Notes: generated by a model from the letters alone, not told the origin. A stretch of DNA of 63,904 nucleotides, filler included, from Choristocarpus tenellus KU-1152 (GCA_964200185.2; 9 parts of 9 records of this genome joined end to end with filler, not necessarily neighbours in it), one strand, 5' to 3'; counted from the whole stretch's first letter, positions 51,310 to 63,904 are shown. Numbers and translations: made by a program.

Positions 51310-54300
51310 ATGGACTTTCTCCTGGGCCATGGGAACGAAGATTACGAGGGAAAAGATACTGCCTTCCTCGATTGGTTGACGGAAAATGGATCACGTTTTG
51401 AGAAGATTCAATGGCCGGCAATGACGCAAAACGGTCTGCGTGGTGCGGTGGCATTGGAACATATCAAATCAGGGGTAAGATTGAACCAGACATAAATTCC
51501 GTATCTACATTGTTGTACAGCAGAATGACGTTCGTTTTAACAACATGGAACGCAATATTACACCCCGGCACAGGAGCACATGGTGACCGTGCCATGGCGA
51601 CTGATGTTGTCAGTAATCCATGCCGCGGAAGACCCAGAGATGGGTCATGTATACAAGGAGAACAAGTCCCTTCTGAGGAACGACAATGGACTTGCGCTGT
51701 TCATTATGCAAGAAATGATTCGAGGGAAGAGCTCTTTCTACTGGCCTTTCCTCCGCATCCTTCCTAAGCCAGGTAGCATAAGCTGCTGGGGGGACGTCTC
51801 CCTGGCCGAGTTGCAGGATGACAACCTTGTGCAGAGGAGCAAGACTCGTGCCAAGCACCATCGTGTATTATACGATCGAACGATGGAAGTGTTGTGCGAA
51901 CGTTACCCTGACCTGTTCTCAGTAAGTCGCGTTTAGCACGTGATTTGTCCACTCCCTGCAAATAACTGCGCTTAGCACGGTTTTGCTTTATTGTTTGGCA
52001 CTCTTTCGTGTTGAAGTAACATACCTCCAACGCACAACGCTGATCCTTTATCTGCTCAAGATCTCCTCCTTTCCGATATTGATTTCCCAATCCAGAGAGA
52101 GCAATACACCTTTGAGCTGTTCGTGTTTGCATGGGGCACTATCCAAGCACGGGCGTTTGGGAAGCGTCTACCCTGGTCTTGCTTGGTGCCTTTTGCGGAC
52201 TGCCTAAATCACGGAAATGTTCAGACCAAGTGAGAAGTCATCTATCTGAACATTACAGAAATAGTTAGCCCTCCAGATCACCCTGGACAACTTCTGTCGC
52301 AGAACCTGTGCGCATCGCTAGATGAAGCTGGTCCCTATCGCTTGTGTGCCCGTTTCATGTTGGTCCCTCTGAATGATCAGATATGACTATGATGTTGGAG
52401 GAAGCAAAACATTTCGCCTGTTTCCATCCGGGGAGAATGAGTACCTACAAGGTGCTGAGGTTCTCAATAGCTACGGAAGAAGACCCAACGACAATCTGTT
52501 GATGGAGTATGGCTTTGCAATCCTGGACAACGAGTGGGATGAGGTGGAGGTGACTTGTTGCTTGGACACTTCCGATCCTCTCTACTCCAGAAAGCGAACA
52601 CTTCTACGACTTAATTCACTCTTTACCTCAAGGTCCGTGCAAACGAAATGACAAGAACCTGACAAGTTGGACGGTGTAAATCTGACAGGTGTGCATTAAT
52701 GCAAGAGCTGTATGTGAGAACTAACTTCCCCTTCTTTCAAGTCACACTCCTCCTGTACTCTTAACCTTAGCTCTATTTCTGTGCCTCAATTGATTTGACA
52801 GCAGGACTGTCAGGCTGAACAGGTCCAATTGGCCATCCACCATGTTGCACTTTCACCGATGTGCAGTTCTCACAGGTCCTGAACTTGAGGAATGGGAATC
52901 AACTGTAGACAATCTTCACCATGTATCTGCTTCATCGCAGTTTCACCAAGGGCCTAACAGACTCGACAAATATGGTATTTTGGAATCTTCGGAAGATCTT
53001 TTGTGGGGAAATACGCCAGTTGAATGTGGTAAATGCACAAAAGATCCAGCGAGGGAGAGGAAAGAGGAAGGCAATTGCAGCGGTGATATCGAGGGCGGAC
53101 AGTTTGTAGGGAAGTGGAAGGGGTTTCCACAAAACACTATTTCCATGGGCAATGAGCTCGAGGCACTCAAGCAAGTGCACATCAAGCTTCAGATTAAATG
53201 GGATGGGTTTCCCACAACACTAACGCATGACGAGGTACAGTATATTTCAATTTCCAGGCCCTGATACACATGTACCCTTGAATATTCGAGAGGATTTATG
53301 ACTTGAGGAGGGGTTGGAGTTGGTTTGGGATTAGGGAGGCGTAGTAAATTAAATTGATTATTTTTTTCAAGAGAAACATGCAGTGTTTGTGTTTGTGTGT
53401 ACTAGAGCAATATCTATGGCCCTTGGTATGGTGGGGATACAAATACCATTCACTGTGGTTGTTAGTATACCCTTCAGAGTGTATGTATTCATCTGTAAGG
53501 ATTGATTGTAGTCCCTAGAGCCCCAAAACATTCCCAAATTTTGACACCAAGAACATTCTCGTACAATTGTGTTGCAGTCCCAAACCCTTTTCTCATATAC
53601 CCCAAGGAACTTCTCCGAAACTGTGGGAAAGACCACACGGCAGCTAAGACCAGTGCTCTCGTGTATCGCATCACTACCAAGCGCATACTTAGGGAACACA
53701 TCAGCCTCACAGAGCGAGTCATTGATTCATTGCAGGCAAGGAAGTTTACAAGTACGTCACATATTTCCATCCAATACTCATACACGTCCTTTTCCTCCTT
53801 AACATTATCAAGGGTTCTTCTTTGTCAATAAAACAGTCGGATGTGGGTGAAACTCAAGTTTCAATAACTTCTTGTCAGGTGTCTTGGGTGGCTTTTTGAA
53901 GCATAACAAAGTTTATGCCAGGAGGGGTCTAGAAAGGGATGAAATGGCCTGGTCCAGTTCACATTTGTAACCTATCTTTAAACAGACTTCAAAAGACTTT
54001 AGCTGGACTTAATTTTTTTTGTTCATATTGCTGTACCAATAGCAGCATGCCACCTTATGATACTGTCTGTAGCATGCTCAAACTTTAGTGTTGGAAAAAT
54101 GGTTATTATTTGTACATAAACAATCTAACAATTGGTGACCACATTCCACTCAATGTCTACGCAAAACACAGATCAAAATTTCTGTGTGCTCATCACCATC
54201 TTTGTTACCCTTGTGCCCCAAAATGACCATTCAGTGCCTTGCAAATACTTCAATAGAAAAATGTGACAACACCAGGGACAACAGCTGCATTCTGCAGGGA

Positions 54301-54456
54301 GAGATTAACCAATGCTCAAGAAAGATACAAGATAAAGTGTTCCCCAGCATGTCTGCTTGTCATTGGGCTGATACAGTTGGCAACAAACGCCTTCTGGAGT
54401 CATTCATGTCATACATGGCAGGCTTGCAGAAGCGGTTGATTCCCAAAGGGGGATGA
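51310..54456 (+). CDS. SET-domain N-methyltransferase, SETD3/Rubisco-LSMT family, 7 exons
   Basis: FLDWLTENG, GLRGAVA, SFYWPFLRILP, WGTIQARAF, LVPFADCLNH, SYGRRPNDNLLMEYGF, FPTTLTHDE, ALVYRITTKRIL. Confidence 0.92.
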
Positions 54457-55077
54457 ATTTTGTTTGCACAATGGATAGTTACTATTTCAAATTACTGCTA
54501 GCATATCCATGCCATATAGCACTCAGTGCAAGCTTCTTCAAAAAGTTAGTGCAAAATGGAAGAATTCACTAGTTAGATTATAGAGGTATATGCTCATAGA
54601 ACATGGACTGCAACTAGTATGCATGTTGGGATGCCTGCTGTGTGACTGAGCAATACCATGGACAAATACTCAAGCACTTTTTCGCTCAGTACCATGAACT
54701 TCTTGGTGGCAATTTTAATTACAACAGTTTTGTATGAGTAAGTATACCTGTCCGACACAAAGCAACTCTTGGCTGACAACAAGTCCCCGTCCTCAACGTA
54801 CACATATTTCGTCGGGTTTTACAGCATCCCGCTGTCTGTACAGTTGCTAAAGTAATCTATGCATTTAGCGGAGGTCTTCGCAAGGCTATGACGCCCATTG
54901 CGCCAGCTACTCTAGGGACTGCAGTCGGATCACACCAAAGTACCTCACACCAGGAGCAAAGTCAAGTTCAACAGACACAGATGACCTATTCCTCTTCGAG
55001 CATATTCCATCTGCACGCTCAAGCATATGTACCTACATACATTCAATAGCCGCTTGGGACTCCCGCGCAATTCGAAT

Positions 55078-55686
55078 CTAATCGAATTCTTGCCTCATTG
55101 TCATCTCCAAGTCACTTTTCCATGTTCTGAAGTCTGACCCAATCCCTGCTTGCCCTTTCAACCGCTGTCCCTTCACTCGTTCTTTCGCCGTCAACTTCTC
55201 TTTTCCCTTGGCTCCTTTCTCCCCCAGTCTTCCCTTGTTACTGTCGGGTGCAGGCGAGGCTGAAGATCCAATAACCCTCTCTTGTGGTTTCTTGATTCCA
55301 CCACCAGAGGATGTTTCAGTATCCACCCCCTTAAGCCTTTTCTGGTCTTGTGGGTTCAGCCTAGAGCTTCCAGTCCCACTACCATCCCGCTTTTTCCTCA
55401 TGGACTTGAGCTCAAACCCCTTTCTCATTGGTGCAACAAGAAATTCTGGACCAGAGGTACTAGAGAAGAGGTCGTCAACGGAAGGAAGGGCTACGCCATC
55501 TCCTTCCACCATCAATTTGTTCGGTCCATTCCCTTTACCTCCATTTTCCTCTTCCTCGCCATCACTGCTGCCCTCCTCTCCTGAGCTCTCAACACTCTCT
55601 TCACCACCGCTTCGTTTCGCAGCGGAGATATCTTCCTGCGACGATTCGCTCTCATACCCTGCAACTAGATCAGCCAAGCCCGACAT
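55078..55686 (-). CDS. Intronless conserved hypothetical protein (acidic, disordered, conserved C-terminal motif)
   Basis: 202-aa ORF with LVAGYES, LPSVDDLF and C-terminal KERVKGQRLKGQ..TWKSDLEMTMRQEFD, resembling from memory a plant/protist family ending WKSE.EM.LRQQFD. Confidence 0.8.
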   Translation of the reverse strand: MSGLADLVAGYESESSQEDISAAKRSGGEESVESSGEEGSSDGEEEENGGKGNGPNKLMVEGDGVALPSVDDLFSSTSGPEFLVAPMRKGFELKSMRKKRDGSGTGSSRLNPQDQKRLKGVDTETSSGGGIKKPQERVIGSSASPAPDSNKGRLGEKGAKGKEKLTAKERVKGQRLKGQAGIGSDFRTWKSDLEMTMRQEFD

Positions 55687-55998
55687 CACCTCCTTCCCAT
55701 GCCACACTTTGTCCGGCTCTGGGGGCAACAGACGGACAAGTTCAATAACCTGATCGCTCGCAGTAGTTGAAGGATCGATTTTTAAGACTAAAATTTTCTC
55801 TATCCAAGCTTCTACGCAATCATGCCGGTCCCACTATAAGGTTGACCTAGGACGAAGGGTAGTGTAGAACAACACTGTTAACCTCAATCCGCGCGCAGAT
55901 CGTTTTTGAGTATATAATGATAAATTGAAGCGATAGTTAAAACACTTACCTCTTCAACACCACCGACTTCACATAATGAGTTGTCCCACATAGAAGGG

Positions 55999-56912
55999 AT
56001 GGAATGGAGACTATTCCTACCTTCTAGTGCTCTTGGCAACCCCTATGCCCGAGAAGCACAGGAGACTGTTGCTACACTGGTCGATGGCGCAGCAACGAAA
56101 ACTCGAACTGATGTCTATTTCAAGGCAGACTGTACCCTGGGTGTCAAAAGAAGGGTGAGATCCTACTTTGGTACTTGCGTCCGACGTACCAGGACATTAG
56201 AAAAAATTGTCAACGCGAAGATAGAAGAACACTTCTGAGATGCAGTTCAGGTGGGGTGACAAGCAATTATACTGTTTCTAGCTTGTTGAACAAGAAACTC
56301 CTTTCTGACTTCCCGACCTTTTTGCCTTGTAAATGGTCAGGGTAAGGAGAACCTGGAGTTGAAGATACTTTTGGATACCATTAAATTAGATGGTGGTGCT
56401 GGTCCTGGCTCAGCAGAATCCTACATCAAAATTAAACTGGGCAAGAAAAAATCTCTCTCGGATGCGTTGTTACGTTTGCAGCAACATGGGCGATTCGTGG
56501 ACCATCTCCTTGAAGCTTTTGCCAATCCAACGAAGGTGGAGATTGCGAAAGTGATACGCAAACAGAAGGTCGAAGTCGGGGAACATGCAGTGTCGCTGGA
56601 ATATACAGGTGTGCAGTTGCCATTCGTATATTACTGCTGGATATCACATCAGTTCAAATCAAGAGGAAATAATAGTCTGTAACCCTTGACACGAATCGTT
56701 GCATGCCCCAACCAACAGGTATATCGGTACGTTTTCCGGAAGCAGTTAATCCCAACTGGGAGAGCTGGGTAACATTTTGTATTGAGGGCGATGTTGATGA
56801 CATCCATAGTTTCTTAGTTGGGAAAGGAAAGCCCCTTGCTGACTTATTCTCTTTCGATTACACCATGTGTGTTGGTTACCCAGAATTTGTATGCCGTCTC
56901 ATTTTTGAGTAG
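55999..56912 (+). CDS. CYTH-like (triphosphate tunnel metalloenzyme) protein; exons 55999-56154, 56341-56608, 56719-56912
   Basis: MEWRLF, RTDVYF, LGVKRRG..LELK, IAKVIRK, LEYT, WVTFCIEG, GYPEFV: the CYTH strand and motif order. Confidence 0.72.
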
Positions 56913-57229
56913 AATAATATGCACATATATTCATAGCCCTTATAGTATAGTAAAGAAAAACGTTGGATCAAAATTGTTGAATCTTTGAGTGAGTCCAATG
57001 GGTTCTAATGCGTTGGAAGAGTGGAGCTTTGTGTATAAAAGGTGTGCCAGAACCGAAAATAGACAATAGAAATGTCTTCCGTACTTCGTATTATAATAGC
57101 TACATTGCTGTGCTCAATTTTTCTGGTGTACTGAGCACTACGTAGTTCAGTAGTGACTGTTTTCTTGTAGAGTTAGAAATACATCTGTTCATTTTTACTT
57201 TTGAGTGCAAGCAGTCACATGAGTGTTCC

Positions 57230-57760
57230 TTTTGCTGCCTACACTCAGGTCCACTACTGTGTATGATGCTCTATGCTTCGTTTTATTGTGTGTATCATAC
57301 TCTAGTCTTCAGACTTTCATCAGCATAGTTGGAATGCTATTTCGGGAGAGCGCTGCATGTCATGAACTAGTCCAGTTGACATTATTGACTGAGCAATTCT
57401 TAGATAAGGCATCAATACATGAAGTGAGGTGTGGGGAGATTAGGAGGTATAGTTGCAAGGGGGCTGTGAAGATGCCCCCATATATTTTTGTGGCAGTAAA
57501 GGCGCAATTAGCCCAGTCAAGGCATGCCATGTGCTTCATGCTGGAGGCACTGGGCCAGTGGGTAATGCAGGGAGTGATGATGGATTCTCCCCCCGTTTCT
57601 AGATCGCCTTCATAGGACTGGTCTACCTGTACCATCTCCTTATGCTTCTTGTTGATATTAATAGAATTATGAAGTGCTACAACTGTTGTATGAGAAAGGC
57701 CTTCGTTGTGAGCAGTGCAGACTCTGTTGCTGTTGCTGTTCATTGTGTTCTCTTTCGTGT
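57230..57760 (-). pseudogene. Possible decayed hAT transposase core
   Basis: RVCTAH followed about 48 aa later by IITPCITHWPS (compare CxxH...TRWNS). Confidence 0.3.
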
Positions 57761-60330
57761 GTGTGTTGGTTATTTCTTACCCATGACAAAATTTGCTAAT
57801 TGTTGGGTGGGCATAAAATATATATATATAAAGAGCTATTCGTACATAGATCACAGTTTGACGTTTCATGTTCACTCCTTCAGCTGCCCAGTATTAGTGC
57901 TAACCCAATGCGTGCTGCCATCGAAGTGCAGGATCACCCCCAAACAGTGACTATAGAGGCATCAAATAGGAGCACTTTTAGTGCACATGAACTAGCCAGG
58001 GTTCAATTGCATATTCCAGGTCCCATCAGAGTGCCCATGGCAATAGTCTCTTTGTTTTCTACTTGGTGCTGTATAATCTCCTTTCTGTGCTGTGCTTGTA
58101 TTGACAGTGATATGTAGTGCAGGTGATCACATAAGCCCAAGACTCTCACAGCGTCAAAATTGAGGGCAGAAGTTACAAAACAAGATTGAGCGACATTTGC
58201 ATTGATAGATTGGCCTTCCTTCCACTTTGAGCCAGTAGGGTGCAATTCAGTTTTCCTACAATATGTCCTACCCTCTCACTCTCGGCATTGTAACTTATTT
58301 ATGTCAGCACCACTCCCCTCGAATGACTTGCCACCAAGATTCAGTTTCTTTTGTTGTTGACATTGCCGGACGTCTTACTTGCCATCTCCAAAATCTCATC
58401 AGTGTAAAGTAGACAGCAATTTCAAGCATGTAATTGCAAGATGCTTTAGAGGCAGTGCCAGAAATCTGGTTCACGCTATGGGCAGACTCTGGAGAATCGG
58501 ACCCTTCAAGCACTACAAAAACACTTGGTGGTTGGCACACACAGCTCGTCTTGTCCTACATTCATCATCTACAGGAGTACTAATCTATACTTGTTGCATG
58601 CCATGAGCACAGAAACTGACGCCATTCAGAATTTGTTTTGTCTTATAAATGGTGTCATTTTGACACCATCTATATCTGAAAGTGGAAGTCTAAACATAAT
58701 GAAGTTATCACTTGTGTCACAATACAGCAATTGACACACGCCATTTTGTTGCAATTCTATGGGCATTAATTCCAATTGTTGTGCCACAATGACACAGTCG
58801 ATAGCAAGGAAGATGCTCTCCATACCCTGGTAAAATCTGCATTCTAAAAGTACTCCATTAGTATATGTACACATCATAAATGTCATTCACTCCTATGGCT
58901 AGTAGGGACTATAAAGATGTGACCATTTTGTTCAATCTCACAATTAAGTTCTTGGAGAATTGCAACAGTGGAATGGTCCAACCTGATCCATTTGTGTAAG
59001 GGACTTGAAAGACGTGACCATGGAGAACGATTCGTCATTGCTATCGATGCTGAGATCTTGAAATCACACTTGCATTAGTTCACACTTGATAAGTTCTAGG
59101 CTAGGAACTATGCAAATCCATCTACACAAAAATGGAAGTGTGGTGTTTAAGCCTTTTTGTGGATCAAAGTTGGTAACCGTGAAACTTACTCATTTCTTAC
59201 AGGCTGATGATTTAGAGAGTTCAACTGAATTGTGATCGTGAGTTGGCTTTGTCATGTTCATCAACAAGACAGTTGTGCCCTCAGTGTGTCCAAGTTGGAC
59301 TAAGTGGATTAACACTACTGATTGATGATAGCAAGATTAACCCTGCTAAGGTGTGGTGACAAGGGCACTTTTAAGAAGGGGCAACTTAGGTACCTGTGGC
59401 ATCAAAGCACCATAATTCCCCAGCGCGTCAGTGGACAGAACACTTAACCAGACTGCACATGACTATAGGTTATCTGAACCAATTCATAAACGGGCAGAGC
59501 TTCTAGAGATTATCTGCATGGACCTTCTGATGGAAATCCCTCAGGTCCTGACAGCGGGTCTAAGTATGCACCAAATGAGTCTAGTCGCGCCAAGAGGGTG
59601 GTGCACACTGTGTGCAAAGGCATCTTATTGGCAAAATATGAAATGCTGAGTGTTATCTTCATGTGCAAGTTGTTTTTTGTTCCATGTAGCCTAAACATTT
59701 CAGAGACACACTATGGCTCTGTTCCTGAAGTCAACAAATATCCCGAGACAAACCTTGCATACACCACACTGATGGTGTGCTGAAGGTCAAGAAATATCAC
59801 ATAAAGTGTGAAACAAATATTCTCTTGAATCCCTTCAATATCCAATATTAAAAGGAAACTACAACAAAAGGGCACAAATTGCTCAAAACAATTGATGCAA
59901 CATTGCATCCTCTGGGAGGTCTATATAACAATTACTGGAACAATAGCTACATGTAAGAAATCAACTATCAACAAAACAATGCAGTCAAGACAGTTGCCAC
60001 AGGAAGAACCACAAGAGTGACCACTCTAAGCCAATCTCTCATAGATACACATAAACATGGCTGCACACAGAAAAGAAATCAATTCATTAGAGAAGAAACA
60101 CACTCACAAGGGCAAGGCATATCAGCACATAGAGCATTGCTCATGAATATCAGAAGAAAAAATATCTCAAGCAAGGATCAAGCGCAGCACTTTCTCCTTC
60201 TCCCTCAAGGCCGACTCTGCTCTTGTGTCATGCTCTGTGTTCAGTTCTCGATAAACACTCCCATATACAAGATTATGATCAACGACAAAGTCAAAAAAAG
60301 AAGTTCATGCACTATCCTTTCAACTGGCCG

Positions 60331-60568
60331 TCAACAGATGCGCCCGCTTGAGGTCCGACCCCCATCATTCCTTGGTCCGGCTGCACTGGGACCACCAGGA
60401 GGGTTGGTGCCCTCATCAAGGGAGGGGGGAGGGAAGAGCTCTGTCCCCACCTCAAGGTTCACACTCTCAAGGAGTGTGCTCGCCTCCTCAAGACGGCACT
60501 CCCCACCATTGGTCGTATCCACAGCGTATGTATACAAAATGCCTTCAGAGGTCACCACCAACAGCACT

Positions 60569-60570
<2 letters not shown>
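60331..60570 (-). CDS. ATG18: ATG18/WIPI (PROPPIN) last exon
   Basis: VLLVVTSEGILYTYAVDTTNGGECRLEEASTLL matches the last beta-propeller blade LLV...G.LY.Y..D...GGEC.L of WIPI2/Atg18. Confidence 0.8.
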
Positions 60571-60601
<31 letters not shown>

Positions 60602-60770
60602 CCCCCCCCCCCCCCCCCCACCCGAACGCACCCCCCCTCAACCCCCCCCCCCCCCCACACCCCCTCCCCCNNNNNNNNNNNNNNNNNNNNNNNNNNNNNN
60701 NNNNNNNNNNNNNNTTAATTAATTAANNNNNNNNNNNNNNNNNNNNNNNNNNNNNNNNNNNNNNNNNNNN

Positions 60771-61117
60771 AATATGTTTCGGAGTAGGCAAAGGCTCAAA
60801 CTATCGGGGGGGGGGTGGCGGCTGTCCATTTGGGGTCAATTTTTTCATGTCGCGATTTTTGGGTGATTTGGATGCACACGTTGGATGGACAATGTGAATC
60901 GATTTTTCCTGGTTTTGTCCCAAATGGACACCCTGGTGTAGATGTTCCCCCCCCCTAGATACTTTGGGTCTAAAATGTACACTTTATGAAAAGTTATGTC
61001 CAGAACAAGGATATTGACACTTCCTAACAAACATGATCGTCAAAATTACATCAAAATTGCAACATTGGATTTTGGTCCCCAAAAGGATGCGTCTCTAACC
61101 CCAAGATATTTTGACTC
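60771..61117 (+). mobile_element. MITE A (right part) carrying a nested complete MITE B at 60793-60970
   Basis: A sequence TTCGGAGTAGG|TAAAATG is split by GGCTCAAACTATC...GATACTTTGGGTC with flanks CAAA and TAAA. Confidence 0.85.
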
Positions 61118-62439
61118 CATCCCAAAGCCCATTAAACAGGTCTCATCTGTGGAGGCTGAAGTTCGTTTCTTTGTCCTGCATCTTGCTCTTTCCCATGGAC
61201 AGCCCTGCTGGTATGAGGGCTTGCACTGTCAGGTCCCCAAACCTCCCCTCCTCATCCAACCCTTCAACCCTCTCCCCCAAACCCTACCCCCAATTTCACT
61301 CAGGTCCCCCTCAAAGCTTCTGGGATTCCATCTCCCTCTAGTTAGGCAAACTATCCTAAAGGGGGGATCCGGTGCTTTTCAAGGGTCCCTGAGATCGTTC
61401 TGCGGTTTTCATGTAATTTGTGCAAACTTGTGAGGGAGCAAATGTCAATTTCCTTCATTTGGATGAACTTCCTGTTTGATTCCCTTGCTTTGGTATCTGC
61501 TCCTACAATCAATGTGCGTTTGTGTTTCTGTGTGTGTGTTTGTGGTTTGAGGGAGTATCATGTAGAGTGGTGCACTAACACCGCATGCATTTTGAATTGC
61601 AAGTCGTTCATGTGGTGGGACTGAGATTAGAAGGACATGATGAGAGGGAGAAGAAAAGGAGCGAAATACTTGGAGTAGGAAGACATTCGAGCAGTAGTGG
61701 TCAATGCCGCTGGTGCGTGTATCAATGGATGCAGTGCCAGAAAAAATTGATGGGTTGAATACCCGTTTCCCAACAGAAGTTTTTATTTGCAGGTGTTGAG
61801 GTGTTCTCGAATCCATGAAGATTAGTTTATTGCGTTTCATCTTCAAAATCGTTGTGCTCTGTATGTCTACATAGATATAGACCATCTAGAAGACAGGAGA
61901 TAGGCCCCATCACTCACACAAAAAGTCTATTTTCCCCTACTTCCGTCGGTCGACGAAACAAGCAAACAGTGAAGGATGCGTACTCCCAAGTTGCCTCATA
62001 TTCTCAAACACCTGCCTTGCAGGTCAGAAATGAGGCTCGGATAAGGCCACGACAGCAGTATTTCTGCCTGTTTGTGGAACACTCCCAAATTCCTATTGCA
62101 AGTCCTTCCTTTGAACAAGAAATGGCTGATGGCAAGAAGTGCTCACAATACCCGGTACTGTGGAGGTCAGAAACAGGAAAAGGCCAGATGAAGGTACCCC
62201 AAAACTCAATAAACGTTCCCCCTTACACAAGGAGACTGGGTTCAAATAGAGGTACCTAACGTCGAAACTAAGTCACCGAGATAACCCTTCCATATTGAAC
62301 TCCAAAACAACTCTACATCCCCCAAACACCAATCAAAAATGCATATACACACATATGCAGTTGCAATCCGCCTTCCTTAAGCTCACTCTTTAACTCGCTG
62401 AAATTACTAGAATCACCAAGCACTTCAAGGCAAGACCTT

Positions 62440-63763
62440 CACATCATACCTTCCACACTTGCAAAGTCATGACTATCTTTGTTCTTCCACCAACCCTTGA
62501 GGGTTGGATAGGTGTCAGTCACCATGTGCCAGAGGTCTTTGGTTGATGAGCAATTCCTACCCCTTCGTCGGTCACAACTGCTGCTAGAAACGTAGCCCTT
62601 TTTCTTAACTAGAACCTTTGATGTCTTGTAGCTGTGATGTATCGTTCTTGATTTTCTCACACCTACCACACCCCTTCAGGATAGTGTCATGCATGTAGCA
62701 ACAATAATCCACCACAGTGGATTTGTCCTTTGAGTTGGTGAAACTGTAACAAATATGTGGTCAAGAATCACCTGTTTAAGAATATTGGCGTTCAGGGTTG
62801 GTTTGGCATTGCATTTCCCCACAACTCCACAATTCTCTTTTCTGGAGTTGGAGATGCAAACCACACGATCATGCCGGAATCTATTCGTAATGCCATACGT
62901 GCTCTCACCACCCTTGTTGCCCACAGTTGCTGATTCTTTTGGTTTCTCGCCAGCAGCAGGTCATGTTTGTCACTCCCATCGTTCCTGGAGGTCTCACCCC
63001 TGGTTGTGGTGGTATTCTGGCTCAAAGTATCTGGGGGGGGGGGTGACGGCTGTCTATTTGGGGCCTAATTTTCCATGTCGCAATTTTTGGGTGATTTGGT
63101 TTCATGTATTGGATGGATGATGAAAGTGCACTTTGCCTGGTCAGGGCCCAAATGGACACCCTGGTGTGTAGACCCCCTCCCCCCCTCCAGATACTTTGAG
63201 CCTTCTACTTTCCCCAATCAGTCCGACCCACATCATTCATTTTGGTCGTTGCGGGTTTAGGTAAGCTTGTACACCAACTTGCAGGAGTCAAAGAAAACGT
63301 TTTTCTCCCCATCATCCCATACCCATCTTCCTCCAGCTGTTGCCCTGCCTCCTGAGTCCAAATCATGTTTGTCCTTTTTGCACAAGGTCGCTCTTTGGAT
63401 TTTTTCTTCCCCTGGTTTTAGAGTCATTGAAGTACTAGCAATCTCCTTCGTCAGACTTTCTTTCTTGTCAGAGGGTTTTGACAACATTATTTGAACCACA
63501 GTAACTCCCCCCCCTACCATTCTATTATTTTCAAGGTTCTTGTCGCTTCCACTCTTCTCTTCCACCACAACCACCACTTCCATGTCACCATCCTCCACAT
63601 TGCTACCCCCTTTGCAACTTTGTGGTGGAGGTCGAGATTTAGCATCCACCACCACCTCCTCCTCCTCTTCCCCCCTCTCCACCTCTTCCTCCTCCTCCTC
63701 ATCCTTGAGGTACATCTTCATGTCACTGATCAAAGGAGACTTATACTTGGAGCTTTGAGGCAT
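62440..63763 (-). pseudogene. Acidic ORF (63257-63763) running into decayed BAH-domain-like remnants, interrupted by the MITE
   Basis: KNVFFDSCKL...IDSGMIVWFASPTPEKRIVELWG weakly resembles BAH; multiple stops. Confidence 0.25.
63019..63202 (+). mobile_element. MITE family B, complete 184-bp copy
   Basis: Perfect 16-bp TIR GGCTCAAAGTATCTGG / CCAGATACTTTGAGCC extended by G/C runs; perfect TTCT TSD. Confidence 0.93.
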
Positions 63764-63904
63764 AGAAATACATTTTTTATATAATTGGACAAATTCAAGA
63801 TCAGAAACTGATCAAAGAGATCCAAAGTATCTTGGGGGGGGGGGGGGGGGGGGGGCCAACCCAGGGGGGCCATTTTGAACAAAAACAGAAAAAGTTTTTT
63901 AACA

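Noticed and set aside
63015-63206. MITE B as an introner (the TSD supplies an AG on the minus strand)
   Set aside because: No clean donor at the element edge, and the flanking frames contain stops, so splicing would not restore an ORF
2477-63904. Dispersed repeats as a CRISPR array or RNA genes
   Set aside because: No regular repeat-spacer periodicity; TIRs and TSDs indicate MITEs; no tRNA or rRNA recognised

Overview
Eukaryotic, intron-rich nuclear DNA with GT-AG introns and (CCCTAA)n tracts. The gene and transposon flavour suggests a stramenopile, plausibly a brown alga or close relative (inference only). The window is not contiguous: nine contigs are joined by eight artificial 100-bp spacers (44 N + TTAATTAATTAA + 44 N), so adjacency across spacers has no biological meaning. 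Spliced genes reconstructed by eye: two RME-8/DNAJC13-like exons; a complete PC-esterase/TBL O-acetyltransferase; a large ~12-exon gene whose C-terminal half is a divergent Leu/Phe-tRNA-protein-transferase (ATEL1-type) domain; a divergently oriented UFL1-like gene; the 3' part of an arylsulfatase; a coiled-coil hypothetical; a SETD3/LSMT-type SET methyltransferase; an intronless conserved hypothetical; an intron-containing CYTH-domain gene; and the last exon of ATG18/WIPI. Repeats comprise two MITE families sharing a G(R)NTSAAAGTATCT terminal inverted repeat and 4-bp TSDs (about 12 copies or ends, one nested), an internally deleted Ty1/copia, and decayed Kolobok-, hAT- and MULE-like relics. 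The most notable items are the aminoacyl-tRNA-protein-transferase-like fusion gene head-to-head with UFL1-like, and a frameshifted AT-rich bacterial Imm11/DUF1629 gene of Rickettsiales type inside an intron. All calls are motif recognition by eye; no searches were run.
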